Shown: piece after piece, positions 1 to 29,906 of the stretch | Layout: each line of letters starts with the position of its first letter | Position numbering within the stretch: the stretch's first letter is position 1 | Source: Paraspadella gotoi | Lineage: Eukaryota; Animalia; Chaetognatha | Direction: 5' to 3' | Assembly (NCBI GenBank): GCA_051294375.1 | Contig: CM119263.1 | Span: forward strand, 19,868,115 to 19,932,114 | DNA length: 64,000 nt | Translations under genes and position numbers: made by a program | The notes under the pieces: model-generated | The model's input: the letters and a program-made list of their open reading frames with translations, nothing else | The model's database searches: none | Told to the model about the DNA's origin: nothing

Positions 1-1015
1 AACGATGTATATAGATTTTATACCAGTATATAATATTGTTTTATTATACCAATCATGTCATACTTTGATTTCGAAGACTAAATGATTTCGTGTATTGAAT
101 TGGATTTTCCTACGCGTTTTTTAATTTTAAAAAAGTTCCGCTTTTCCTTATATTTTCTTTCTTTTTTCCTCTACTTTTTTTTTTTTTCGATGGCGGAACC
201 GGAAGACAAGTTTGTCGTCAGCGTAGACTGCGTCGTCTTCGCCGAAGCGGTCGTGAAGACGTTCGCGTTCTCGCCAATTCTCTTCCCAGCCTTCTCGCTT
301 CGATCTCTTAGGGGCCAGAGAAAGGGCTGAAGTGTTGTCTCTAAAAAAATTTGCTCTCTTCACTCTAATCTATTCCAGCCTCTTCGTCTGGAGCTGGCCT
401 CGCTCCAATGGAGTCGTCGGCCCTCTTTTGCCAGAAAAATGGGATGAAGCTTCATGGCGACGGAAGACGCTTCGTCCGGTGACATTAGAGACGCTTTTGG
501 CGCGATCACAGAGTCTAAATACGAATGAACCGTGTTTTTGTTTGGTTCGTCGTTTGTTGATTCAATTTGGATGAACAAATGGTGAAACTGAAGAGAGGAA
601 AGAAGAACAGTTATAGGTAATTCCCGAGTTTTTGAGGGTATTAACAATGTACGACAATCAGTGAGCAAGAGAGTGTAAAGACTAGAAAAAACTGTTGTTA
701 AGAAAAAACTACTTCAAAAGCGGAATCAAGCGCGACTCTCGTTGGAACCAATTCCCTTTTCGATAATAGCCTCTGACGTCACGAGCGAATGATGGAATTT
801 CTATTAAAATAAGACGAGTTTGTTGGTTGTGAATTAATAGGAGAAGAAAAAGAAAAAAGAGCGAGAGAGGGAGTGAGTGCGAGAGAATATATTATTGACT
901 GAGCGGGTAAAAAAAAATGTAGAAGAAATCCATGATAGTCGAATGATTGATGGGACGGAAAGAGAATCAACGAAAGGGAGTGGGAGTGTCGGTGAGATGG
1001 AAGAAGAAAGTGGAA

Positions 1016-1018
<3 letters not shown>

Positions 1019-1082
<64 letters not shown>

Positions 1083-1233
1083 GTTGTATGCCTTGAAGTC
1101 CACAGATTGGGGGGAGCATAAGGGAAGAAAGATGAGTAAGAGAGGAAACGAGAAGCACAGAGAGAGATGAAAGAAAAGAGACAGGAGGAGAGGAGAGAGA
1201 GAGAGAGAGAAGAGGAGAGAGAGAAGAGAGAAT

Positions 1234-1273
<40 letters not shown>

Positions 1274-1326
1274 AAGAGAGAGAGAGTAACTGAGAGAGAG
1301 AGAGAGATGTAGAGAGAGAGACGAGA
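1019..1326 (+). repeat. (AG)n microsatellite cluster, representative of many in the window (e.g. 8711-9040, 10283-10386, 15310-15400, 32161-32241, 47041-47440, 48204-48290)
   Basis: Direct reading; these tracts generate the spurious ER/SL-repeat ORFs. Confidence 0.95.
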
Positions 1327-3469
1327 CAGTCCAAGTAAGAAAGAAATCATTCCTGCATCACTTGGCTTCTCCACATTTGGATGACGTTCTTTTAACATCC
1401 GGTTCAAGAACGAAAAATAATAAAAGAGGAGAAAAAAAAAAGAACGATAAAAAGGACGAAAAAAAAGGCAAGGGGGCAATGAACGAATAAAGCAAAGCAG
1501 GCATGAACAAAAAGGAATAATAAGCCAAGCGGACAGGAATAGAGAAGAATAAAAGAGCAAGTGAGTAATATGACAATAACAATTTAAAAAGAAAACTGAA
1601 AAATAGATTGAAAAAAAACCCCTTTATCTCATCGTCTTTTATAATTGGACGTTAAATCGGGAGAAAATCTCCGTAAAAACCGTAATTTAACGCGATATCG
1701 GAAAATCGATCGAGTCTCTCAGTCGGTAATCGGTTTCAGTCGCCATTCTAGGGTTTAAGTCTTCGCGATTATCGTCGTCGTCGTCTTCGTACGACAACAG
1801 ACATTTTAAAATAATATAAATTTCAAAACAATGTCTGTTTTTGTTAGTGAGTATGAAAATAAAAATTTCTTTTTGACAACCATATAATAAGTAAAGTCGC
1901 CCTGTCGATAAACGGAGATAAGAAGAAAAACCGAAATCTGTACATACAGATTCAGGTTTGTTTATGTTCTTTTTTCCGTTTTTTTTTCCTGTTACTTTTA
2001 GGTGGTCGCTCTGTGTATTCGGAAGGATAACAAATGAAAAAAAAGAATGTTAAGAGAATAAGTTACCATAAATGAAAAGTGAACACTCTAGTTAGTTAAA
2101 TTTATTTTTACTAATAAAATTATACATGTTTTTTTTTTAATTCGTTCGAGTATGAAAATCTGCGTGCAGTTTTTATTATTTTAAGACTTTGAATTACAGA
2201 GAGAAGGAAAAAAACAGAAGAAATAATAAAAAAAAATAAAAAAAAAAGTTTTCGCGAAACGATGATTTTCTTTTTCTTTCTTTTTTTTTTAACTGTTTTT
2301 TTCTTAGTCGCTGAAAGGTTCAGGGTCTCGGATGATAGTCAGTTCAGTAGTAAACATTCATTTTTTTTTAAACATTTTTTTTTCGTGTAACATATTTCGT
2401 CGTTTTAATCGTCGTCGTCATCGTCGTTTTTCTCGCCCGTTGCATTGTTGCTGATGCTGCTGCTACTGCTGATGCTGTGGCTTTCTTTTCATTTGTTGCT
2501 GATAAGATTTTATGGCGGCTTCAATCGAAGACCCACCGAGTCCGAGAAGCGAGAGAGAGTTTGCAGGGCGTTGGAGCCGATAGGAGCTGTGGAGCGGCGG
2601 GGCGCAGGAGTGGAAGGTCGGAGGAGTGAATAAGAAGCTTAAATTGAGAATCGTAAAAGAGATCTAGAAAGTGTCGGGGGGGGGGGTTAGTAGGGCAAGG
2701 GGGGGGGACGAATGAGAGAATCGGGTGGAAAAACATAACTTTTATAGAGATGATAGACTTTGAACGTGAATTCCTCAAGGGGCAAAGCGGATAGAGGGGA
2801 CTCATTTTTGAAAGAGATATGTATAATAGGTGGTAAAAGTTTGGAATTAAATTTAGCAATTATATCTTGAAAACTATCATATTAGTGAATACTAATCTGA
2901 AGTTTTTTTTTTTTTTTACAATGTAGTAGCCCAGTCAGCTTATTTTGTATATAGTACTACCCTTAATATAATGTCAAAATTTCAAAATGGTTTTTTTTTT
3001 TTTCTGAGAACAGATTCAGATTCCTCGTAGTTGATAAAGAAAATATAAATCTTTTTCAACAATTATGTCCTTAAGAAGGTTAAAATTACAAAAAACTATA
3101 TTTTAAGCTGGAAATTGAAAATCGGTGTCTTAAATATAGTTTTTTACATTTTTGACTAACTTAATGAAAGAATTTTTAAAAAGAATTATACTTTTTTTAT
3201 CAACTTTTTGCAAGGAATCCAAATCCGATTAAAAATTTTAAAATTTGCATTTTAAATTTTAGCCTATTATATACTTATTACTATATATAAAATATGCTCA
3301 CTGGTGCCCACTAATGTATAAAATTAAAAAATAAATTTACCAAAGTATTTTTAATGTTTTTATGTTCATGTTTTATATCAAAATTTTAATTTTCTAAAAT
3401 TTTTATATTTTCACATCACTCTAATGTATAACTAATACGTAGTCGTCTTTTTAATTTTGAATTAGTTTT

Positions 3470-3820
3470 TTTGTCGAGTTATGTTTCTCGTTTACTCAAT
3501 TACGCGTGAAATTTACTTTGTGAAATCGAGACTGTGACTGGAAAATAATTTTGTCTCTCTGTCAGTCAGAATGTTTGTCTGTCGGTCTGTCTGTATGCCT
3601 GTGTCGACTTTTGGAATTACTAATTGGATAATTTTTTTAACAAAACAATTTAAATCATTCCAAGTAAATATTTTAATTCTAAATACTAAATAAAACCAGT
3701 TTTACTACTTACATTTACAGGTTTAAGAGTAAAAGTTTGTAATTAGTAGAAGTTCCCACACTAAAAAAACCATACTAAGTTTCTCACTCGGTCCGGTTGT
3801 TGCCGCATTATTCTTGTCTT
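3470..3820 (+). mobile_element. Probable HINE-like repeat (second family); partial inverted copy at ~7125-7190
   Basis: CTGT microsatellite at 3553-3600 and 3' end ...ctcactcg.gtccg...ttcttgt. 3735-3797 resembles the reverse complement of 7123-7190. Confidence 0.45.
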
Positions 3821-5016
3821 ATAATTCATGTTTAAAAAGTCTGTTTGACCAACAAAATGTTTTTGCTAATGTAAATCCCATATAGAGCGCGAAAGTGAAC
3901 TAGTACTGATGTGCAGAAAAAATTTGGGTCGAAATAAGTGATAAATAATGTTTTAAAGTAAGAGTTTTAATATCTTAAAATTTAAGGATATTTTCACCAT
4001 TAATTAGTTAAAAACACCAGTAGTAGTTTTGTTTTGATTAATTTGAAAAAATGTCTTATGTGTATATTGGGAGGCGTGGACCTATTAACCGGAAGTAAGG
4101 TTTTCAAAGCAATATAAATGTTTTAAATTGTTCAAATTTTTTCATTAAAATGATTTAAATGGCACGCAAAAGTAACTATATGCTATTTCTCTGATTATAT
4201 TTGTGCTTATATTTTAATTTATTCTGTATAATGCTACACAAATTATTATTATTTTTGGTTTAACAAATTAAAAAAAAAATATTTTTTTGCCTCAGCGCTT
4301 AAAATAAATTACTTGTATATGGCATACGAACCCTCCCAATCGTGTGCAAATAGTCTCTATATGGTTCTCAACTTCTAGAAGTGGGTTTCCCGTTAATTGT
4401 TTTATTTACATTAGAGGGGTTTTAACTCAAATTCTGGACAAAAAAATGGGTTCCATTGCAAAGTCAAGTGAGCGCAAACCTTTTTTAGTAATAATTTATT
4501 TAATTCTAAAAAATGCTTAAAATCTTTTCCCTCTTAGTTTAATTTTAAAAGAATAAATACCAATTATGCGCACAAAACTTAGATGTTTTTATTTACTTTG
4601 CAGGTATATTGTTTTGAAACAGTTTTCATCTTGTACTGTGGGACAAAAAATGAAGCCGAAAGTAAAAGAGTAAACAGACTATAATTGTTTTGGGAAAAAT
4701 GCAATTAAAAAAAGTAAATTACAACTTATAAAAACGCACATTAAAACTATTTATCTTTATATTTATAGCAAATAGGCTTAGCAAGAAATGTATTTTCACA
4801 TATATCATTTTCTTCACATCTCTTTCATAGGCCTCTCTTCTTTCTCATATTCTGTCTTTGTTAGAAAGACCTTTTCTCTCATCTCTACTCTCGTCTCTTC
4901 TGCTCTTCGTCTAGCTCTCTCGGGCTGTTCTCTCACATCATTATTTTCGCCTGATGTTAATTTATGTGAGGCGAGGGCATTAGCTAAAACAATGTTCATA
5001 TTTTCTCCTTGAGAAA

Positions 5017-5236
5017 GTAAATTAAAGGAGAAAAACAATTTGATTTCGTTTTGGCAATCTGATTGTATTAGATAGTTTACATCAGACATGTTTTTCGACT
5101 CTGCGTTTAGAGGTCTTCCATTCTTCTTTAGTCTAATGAAGTAACTCTAACTGGCAGAGTCGAAACATGTGCTGGTGTAAACTACTATATACAATATCGT
5201 GCCAAAACAAATCAAATTGTTTTTCTCTCTAATTAC
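5017..5236. repeat. ~220-bp near-perfect palindrome
   Basis: gagaaaaacaatttgattt.gttttggca pairs with tgccaaaacaaatcaaattgtttttctc. tagtttacatcag.catgttt.cgactctgc pairs with gcagagtcgaaacatgtgctggtgtaaacta. Pairing continues to a centre near 5131. Confidence 0.85.
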
Positions 5237-7220
5237 GTGAAAAACGAACGAAAACGAAAGTCTTTACACAATGTTTATTGCTTTGAAAATAAAAAACACA
5301 TAGTTCGTTGTGCTGTCAAGGCAATAAATAATTCTTACTTAATTCAGAAAAATGTGCATGCAAAATCGCACTTACAAATGAAAGTTACGGCTGTTGAAAG
5401 GCCATGATGCTATCCCATTTAATATACAAAAGGCCTTCCACGCAATATCATTGAACTCACCGAAAAATAAGCGGTAGAAATTAATAGTTGTCTAAGACAT
5501 AGAGCAGGTATGACTGTCTAATATATTATGCCTTCGGCCTCAGTAATTTCTTTTCTTTTCCTCTCTGCGGCCAAAGTCCATTTTGGACCATACCTAAGTT
5601 TTCCTCACGCGTATCGGCCCAATATGATTTACTGGTTAGATAATTTCGTCGGAGTATTGTTGTCATTTTTTTTGTCGTAATTATGAAGATGCTCATGGAG
5701 AAAATCGTTTAGTAGCATTTTTTTGCCTTAATACAAAGTAGCATTCGCCCGTCTTGAAATGAGTTTTACAGGTATTTTTATGGACATCTTTATGTCAAAT
5801 TACAAGTTACCTAAATTGTTCAAATTTCTAACTTTTCAGTTCATTATTTTACTTGATATTGCAGTGGAAAAGATTCATAGGAACAACCTATGTCAGGTAC
5901 TTTCAAAGGGAGCGGACAATCGCTGGAACATTAGATATCGACGGAGCGTGAAATACTAAGTTTATGTTTCATGGTAAAAGCTCAAGTTCAGGACGGGTGA
6001 TGCTACTTATTTGTAAGATCGTAAAAAATAGAACTGAACGAATGAGATTGATCTTACTCGGAGTCTTGCCAGAATTAACGAAAATATAATAGACAAAAGA
6101 CCGACGAAATGTATTTTGGGCCCGATACGCGTGAGGTACAACATTAAGTAGCGGTTCAAGAAAAATAAGAGAGGGAAAAAAAACAGAAATATAACTGATG
6201 GTGAGGCATAATATTTGTCGCTCCGCGGTCCCGTTTAACATACAGTTTTTGACGCAAAATTAAAAAGGATTATGACGAGGCAAAGTCACTAAAAATGATG
6301 GAAATTCCCGTAGCGGCAAAAGATGGCGATCACAAAATTTTGTAAAATGCAATATTTTATTACCAAATTGTTTTGAATTAAGAACATATAAACAGAGTGA
6401 TGGCAAGACTAAACATTAACGGCACGCGGATTGTCTTCCACTGTCAAACATATACTTCTTTATTTGAAAGAGGATTTATTAGTGGCGTCACACATAATTA
6501 TTATAAGTCTGTTGATTTTAACTATTATTAGCGGCCATATGATTCATCACAATCACTTTCTATTTTCCATTACAACTGGATGGCGACCGGGACTTAAATA
6601 GTATTTTTTTCTGTGTTTGACGGGGTAGTTTGACGTTCCATAGCCGACGTGTTTGTTATAAAAGAATTCATTTAGATTTTGGGACACTATTTTTTTGTAA
6701 ACACTCTTTCCTTACAGTTCTAATACATCCAAGTACCATGCCATCGCTTATTCCTGAAAAAGGCTACATAAACATTTTTGTCAAATTTGAACACAATTGA
6801 TGCGTAAAACCTCTACTACCTCGTAGGGCGCACGCCCCATAAATCGCATGAGATATTCTTTTAATCTAATATGACGAATCTTAAGGAAAATCCAGCCAGC
6901 TTATGTTCTCTAGCAGTTGAAGTGTAAAACATTTATATTTATATTTAAAGCATGCACAGAACACTTGAATTTGAATGAAATTCGCTGTCATTTCAAGACA
7001 ATTTTTTTTGGCCAATACTACTCTATGACTTTGATGCTGTCATTGGTTAATTAACCAAAACCTTTTTAGCTTGTACAGGTGTTTCAAAATGGAGTTGAAG
7101 TCAAAAAATAATTGGGAAATCTTCGGACCGCGAGTGTGAGAACTTTAGTAAGAGTTTAATGAGGCTGGGAACTCTAGTAATTAGTCAAAAGTAATTACTT
7201 GCAATAAAAGATAAGAGCGA

Positions 7221-23388
<16,168 letters not shown>

Positions 23389-25729
23389 ATGAAAAGTTTG
23401 GAATTGGAAATTTAGCAATTATATCTTGAAAAACTATCATATTAGTGAATCTAATCTGAAGTTTTTTTTTGTTTTTTTACAATGTATAGCCCAGTCAGCT
23501 TATTTTGTATATAGTACTCCCTTAAATAATGTCAAAGAATTTCAAACATGGTTTTTTTTTTATTCTGAGAACAGTATTCAGATCCTCGTTGATAAAAGAA
23601 ATATAAATCTTTGTTCAACAATATTGTCCTTAGAAGGTTAAATTACAAAAAAACTAGTATTTTATAGCTGAAATTGAAAATCGGTTCTTAAATATAGTTT
23701 TTTTACATTTTTGACTAACTTAATGAAAGAATTTTTAAAAAGAATTATATTTCTTTTTATTCAACTTGTTTGCAAGGAATCCGAATCCGATCTAAAAATT
23801 TTAAATTTGCATTTTAAAATTGTAGCCTATTATATACTATTACTATATATAAAATTATAGCTCATCTGGTGCCTACTAATGTATAAAATTAAAAATAAAA
23901 TTTACCAAAGTATTTTTATGGTTTTTTGTTCATGTTTATATACAAATATTTAATTTTCTAAAAATTTATAATTTTTCACATCACTTAATATCCCCCCCCA
24001 TTTCAGTCCCCGATCCCTCGATGACCGGAATGTATACCGAAGTTCGTCGTTGTCCTTTAAAACAATCATCTCTGCTTCGACGTCGCCCTCTCTCGGTTTC
24101 GCCAAAGTTTTAATGCGCTTTTGTTGTTTTTTTTCGCTCCCTCAGCGTTTTTCAATCAAAACTCAGACTTTTATCGGACGAAAACTTAAAAATGAGTTTC
24201 TCCAATTCGCGCCTCTTTATTCTCAAAGATTCTCTTTGAGCCCTTTGCCCCGATTCGCTCCCTCCCCCCCTCCACCCCCCCTCATTCTTCCATCACCCAT
24301 CGCAGCCATTTTTTTTTTCACTCGAGTCGGCGTCCTCTTCCCTTTCCTCTTCCTCCGGTCACGGGCGCCATCACTTTCCAAAGCCCCCGCCCCTTTGCCC
24401 TCGGCGGCGTAAATTTACTGAAAGCCGTTCTTTTTTCCTTCGACTGTCGTCGTCGTCTGCGTCGTCGTCGTCGTCGTCGTCGGGGAATCATCTCAGCTTC
24501 GTGTACACAATGTGTGAACTCAAGAGCAAGCGCGATAGCTTTGCCAGTTTTTCCAGTCTTCAGGGTGGATTCATATCGAATGGTAAACCTATTCTTAGTT
24601 AATAAGGATTCCTTATATTGTTTTATAATTAACTGAACAACGTTAGATCCAGCATGATATCCCGTCTCGAACCCGGGGACGATTCAGTGAAACTTTAACA
24701 ACTTAACCTCATCTACGTCTATCAGAAGACGCGAAGGGAGGAACGTAAGTAATTTAGGACTTTTCTTTTTGTTTTCTTTCCTCCTTTTTTCTTTCCTCCG
24801 CGAAGAGTTTCTCGTCAACGCGACGTCGATGCTTTGTTTAGTATCAATTGGCTTAGATCCTCGGCACAGCAAAGCTTTAGAAAAGGCCACCACGAATAAA
24901 GCCTCAATGATGTTGCGTTTTGTATTATCACTTTTAACTTTGGACCATCACTTTCGTCAACTCTGATCCAAAAGTCCGAAAATCCCTTGAGACTTTTCGT
25001 CAGCAACCGAAACTATTTGTGGATATGACAACAGTGCAGTCAGTGCACAATGAAACAAAATAGAACTTTCGTTTGCGCTTAGCTGTAAAAACTGAAAAAA
25101 TAAAATTGTCTTATATGAAATACCGAAATGGTTTTCTACAATGGTTACATGAAAATCTTGCATCTGACTAGGAGATTGAATTTATTATCCATCGCTCAAT
25201 TAAAATGTTAATTTTCTGCAAGCGCATTTGGTTTTGACGCCTCTATTTTTTTTTTTTTTTTTTTTTTAAATGTTATTTCTTTTCTTTCATTTTTTTGGAG
25301 TACTAGTACTTCTTCAAAGTTCTAACAACATAACTTTTCAATCCAATTTATAAGGCTTTTAGTGTTTAACCTAGAAATTTTCGGAAGCTTCATTTCCTTC
25401 GATATGTTCTCGTTTTACCTTCATTGTTAACACCATGGATGATTTCTACAAACTCAATTGCCTAGAACTTCTTGTGAATGAAAATAGTTTTTCGATTTCT
25501 TCAAGTTTCTCGTACCCACTATCTCCGTCTCCCTCTCTATCTCTCTCTCGATCCCTCTTTCTTTATCTTCTCGGTTCCCCTTTCCCTCCTCAGAATTTGA
25601 GCACAACGCGCGCCAACAATTTCTGCTGTCGTCGTCGTCTTTGCTGTCGTCGTTACTTGTTATTCTCGTTCTTTCAGCGTCCTTTCCAAACAGCTGTTAA
25701 ACGGAACTGAATATCCTTGGGAGAGAAAA

Positions 25730-25787
<58 letters not shown>

Positions 25788-26537
25788 CTCTCCACTTTCT
25801 CTCCCTCTTTCTTTCTCTCTTTCTTAACCTGTCTTTCTCATCGCTACTTCCATATTTTCCTCTCTCACTTCTTCACTCCCTTTTTCCCTCTTTTAAACCA
25901 AGTAAAATAAATGATTTGGCAGGAAAGCAAGAGCTTTTCCTTTTTATTTTTTCTTTTCATTTTATGTTTGCCCTTTTCCCTTTCCGTGTGTGGATTTTCT
26001 CGCACGCAACGCCGACCACGGAAACAGAAAGAAAATATTTTCTGCCACCTGAACCAAAAGATCCCGTTCTTCTTCTTTCTTTCTTCCCCGTATCTCATTT
26101 GCTTTCTTTCTTCATTAGCCCGTTCGACGGTCTTAAGTCTCAACTATTTCTAAGTATCTTCAAGGTGTAACGAGCTCTCCGTGCCGAGGAATTTCAAAGA
26201 CCAAGGATGTGAGCTTCGACATTTATCAATAGAGAATTTTCCGAATGAAAAAAAAATCTTCCATCCTGAAAAGACTTGGTCGTCGATGTGCCCTTTGTTG
26301 TGCAAAAGAGTTTTACTCTAGAGTCGATAGATGGCGCGAAATACAAGATTCTCTCTTCTTTTCTTTCTTTTCTTTTCTTTTCTTTTCTCTCTTTTCTTTT
26401 CTTTTCTTTTCTTTCCCATTTTTTTCTTTTCTCTTCTTTGCTTTCTTTACAGTTACCGTTCTGTTACCGTTTCTTCTTAATTTAATCCGAGCATTACAGT
26501 ATGTTCTTCAATAAAACTAAAATATAATCAAACTTCA

Positions 26538-26978
26538 NNNNNNNNNNNNNNNNNNNNNNNNNNNNNNNNNNNNNNNNNNNNNNNNNNNNNNNNNNNNNNN
26601 NNNNNNNNNNNNNNNNNNNNNNNNNNNNNNNNNNNNNNNNNNNNNNNNNNNNNNNNNNNNNNNNNNNNNNNNNNNNNNNNNNNNNNNNNNNNNNNNNNNN
26701 NNNNNNNNNNNNNNNNNNNNNNNNNNNNNNNNNNNNNNNNNNNNNNNNNNNNNNNNNNNNNNNNNNNNNNNNNNNNNNNNNNNNNNNNNNNNNNNNNNNN
26801 NNNNNNNNNNNNNNNNNNNNNNNNNNNNNNNNNNNNNNNNNNNNNNNNNNNNNNNNNNNNNNNNNNNNNNNNNNNNNNNNNNNNNNNNNNNNNNNNNNNN
26901 NNNNNNNNNNNNNNNNNNNNNNNNNNNNNNNNNNNNNNNNNNNNNNNNNNNNNNNNNNNNNNNNNNNNNNNNNNNNNN
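26538..26978. other. Assembly gap (441 N) flanked by a ~39-bp direct duplication; other gaps at 10599-10608, 15113-15137, 27590-27705, 28192-28216, 48930-48939
   Basis: gtatgttcttcaataaaactaaaatataatcaaacttca occurs on both sides of the gap but only once in the mirror arm (~32797-32835). Confidence 0.95.
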
Positions 26979-27705
26979 GTATGTTCTTCAATAAAACTAA
27001 AATATAATCAAACTTCAAAGTCTTTCTCCTTCTCTCTTTGAGCCCTCTGATTCCCTCCTCCCTTTCACTCTCTCTCCCTTCGAACAACCTTGAAACTCGG
27101 TCAAAGGGACGCAGCTCGCACCGAAAAAGCTCGTAGCCGGCTTCTGGTTTCTTAACTTAAATATGCAAACGACGTGAGCGCTGCATCTTCCAACCCTCTT
27201 CGTCCCAGTTTCTATTATGAGGCCAACCTGTCCAGCCGGTAGTAGAAAAGATATTACATACGCATTGACAAAGAGTTTGAATTAAAGCAAACATCGATTT
27301 ATTTTTGAGATAGTGTACAATGTACAATGTGCAATGTACAATGTACATGTTTCTACTTTTAGTTCAAATATTCATCAGCACATCTTTGTAATTCGAAAAC
27401 CCAACGAAATAAACGAAAGAAAGAAAGAAAGGAAACCAGGGTGTGATACGTAAAGGTTGTCGATTTGTGACACTTTCATCGTCGAATCTTTTCTCTATTT
27501 AAGCACGTATAATCTTCAATCTTTGTGATAAATTGTTAGTGGGCGTGTCTATTTTTGAATGGGTCAGAGTGCCGAGAGAGAGAGAGAGANNNNNNNNNNN
27601 NNNNNNNNNNNNNNNNNNNNNNNNNNNNNNNNNNNNNNNNNNNNNNNNNNNNNNNNNNNNNNNNNNNNNNNNNNNNNNNNNNNNNNNNNNNNNNNNNNNN
27701 NNNNN

Positions 27706-27741
<36 letters not shown>

Positions 27742-27914
27742 GATTGAGCGATCCCAAAAATAACCGCTGCGCTGCGATTCGCTTTCTAGTTTTCCCACGA
27801 GTCCACTGCGATCGCTGGCGGGGATGCAATTGTGAGGGGATTAAAAATGAGAACAAGTTTGAGCAAACATTGTTAACTAGCATCATTTTTTTAACTTGCA
27901 ACACTTGTTTACTT

Positions 27915-28191
27915 GCATCATTGTTTAAATTTTCATCATATTTTCAATTGGCTTCTTTTTTTCAACTTGCATCTTTTTTTCAATTTTCTTCATTTTTTTC
28001 AATTGCCATCATTTTTTTAATTTCCATCATTTTTTTCAATTTCCGTCATTTTTTTAAATTTCCATCATTTTTTTTCAATTTCCTTCATTTTTTTCAATTT
28101 CCATCATTTTTTTAATTTCCATCATTTTTTTCAATTGCCGTCATTTTTTTTAAATTACCATCATTTTTTTCAATTTCCATCATTTTTTTTA
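27915..28191 (+). repeat. ~19-bp minisatellite (aatttccatcattttttc); mirror copy ~31700-32015
   Basis: Direct reading of tandem units running into the N-gap. Confidence 0.85.
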
Positions 28192-28216
28192 NNNNNNNNN
28201 NNNNNNNNNNNNNNNN

Positions 28217-28480
28217 GTCGGATCTGCGTATCAGCAGATCCCGACTCTATAATTCACTTAGTCGGTCCGTCGGTCCCCCCCTAAATCTTGTCGGGCACTC
28301 ACTTAAATCATGTCAGAACATCCAATTATGATAAATTATGCAAAAAATGATGTCCCTCCGTCCGTCTGTCTGTCTGTCCGTCCCCCTTAAATTGGAATGA
28401 AATTTGTGTGTCGTTAGAAAAGTGTGTGATTGAGCTGGATATAAAGTTTCGATGGAATCGTGCGAGTGGAAATGAGTTTA
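28217..28480 (+). mobile_element. Second, truncated copy of the same HINE-like family (no 18-bp array)
   Basis: gtcggatctgc..gcagatcccgactctataattcact..gtcgggcactcactta.atcatgtcagaacat..aattatgataaattatg and a GTCY microsatellite align with 29913-30175. Starts at an N-gap. Confidence 0.7.
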
Positions 28481-29689
28481 AATGGAAAAAAAACATGTTA
28501 CATTTACTTAAATCTTATTACTAATTTTAACCCATGATTACTCGAATTAATTATAATTGGATGAATAGATTAAGATGAAATTTTGTGTGTCGGTACTGGG
28601 TAAGAAGATGTGTGATTTAAATATATAAAGATTCAATGGAATCTTGTGAGCGGAAATGGAAAAAAAATAATATTCACTTGAAGTTGTTTCAAAAAAAAAA
28701 TATTATTGATTTCAGCCCATCTGAATATTTTTTTTTATTCCCCGAGTCTTTACAGAAGTTATCCTAAAAAATCTATGCAAAATTGTTACAGGCTATCGAG
28801 ATACAGTAAAATACAGTGAATAATTTAAAAATCCATTACCCATAATTATTATTGGAACTAAACTTTGCCATTGCGTAAAAAGTCATTTCGATCAATTTTT
28901 GTCAATTTCTGAATTTCTGGCTGGGATTCTGTTTTCACATCTATCTTTTTTTTTCATTTTGACAAAGTACTTTTTTTCAAATTCATTTTTTTTGTAAAAA
29001 AAAATAATTTTTTCTTAATAACCTTTTGAATTATAATAACCACATATAGTTATAAGCGTTTTAAACCTGAAAGAAAAATTATATATTATGTATATTTTTT
29101 TAAAAGATTATTTCTTTTTACTGCAATATGCAAATGAGATTATTGCATTTTTAGCTTTTTATAACGGAGTATTTTGAAAAAATTTACAAAATCTAACGCA
29201 TGATCTTTAATAGAATAAAAAATATATTTGAAAACATTTAGGGTAACAAATAGATGAATTTAAACTTATGAATATAAAAAAATTAATTCATCAATGATTA
29301 TCTATCAATCCATCAATCCATAAAAAGTTAATTATTAGTAAAGCTTTAAAGAAAAAGAAAAACAAGAAAGAGACTCAAAAGGTCATACATTTGGATGTCA
29401 CTGTGTAAAGGTTGAAATTAATTAGAAGAAAAGGAGAGAGAGAAAGAGATTAAATGATAGAAAGAATCTTTGGCAGAAATACAAGTAATGAACAGAATTT
29501 AACCTAAAAAAAAAGATGGAAAATCAAAGCAAAGAATGAATAGTCTCATAATCCAAATAGGAAAATCCTGTACTAATTTAAGAGCTTTCAGCATAACCAA
29601 TCAATCAATCGATCAATCAATCAATCTCTCTTTCTCTCTCTCTCTCTCTCTTTTTGTTTGTGTCTTTTTATTATCTCTCTCTTTCTTGA

Positions 29690-29827
29690 GGGTTTGAGGG
29701 TTTGCCATGCCCCCAAGGCGGCTTACGGCCGTCCTCATGCTTCCCGCAGGAATAGGTACGGGGTTGGAATTGAACCGGTACCTAGTGGTCATGAGCTGAT
29801 GGCTTTACTCAATGGGCCACCGGGTAC
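29690..29827 (-). mobile_element. tRNA-derived SINE-like repeat (family 2)
   Basis: The minus strand reads ggtggcccattgagtaaagccatcagctcatgaccactaggtaccggttcaattcc...gggaagcatgaggacggccgtaagccg. B-box ggttcaattcc. Homologous to 44250-44420. Confidence 0.6.
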
Positions 29828-29906
29828 AACTGAAAGTGTCATGATTCTAGGCGGGGTGAACCTAGGCAATGCCCGACTACACACATAATGTTCATCTTAT
29901 TAACAA

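Noticed and set aside
877-1560. ORFs rich in ERERER / SLSLSL (also 8465-9080, 14952-15521, 21653-22069 and others)
   Set aside because: Translations of (AG)n/(CT)n microsatellites, which lack stop codons; no protein signal.
26494-27904. Long ORFs containing X runs
   Set aside because: They are open only because they cross N-gaps.
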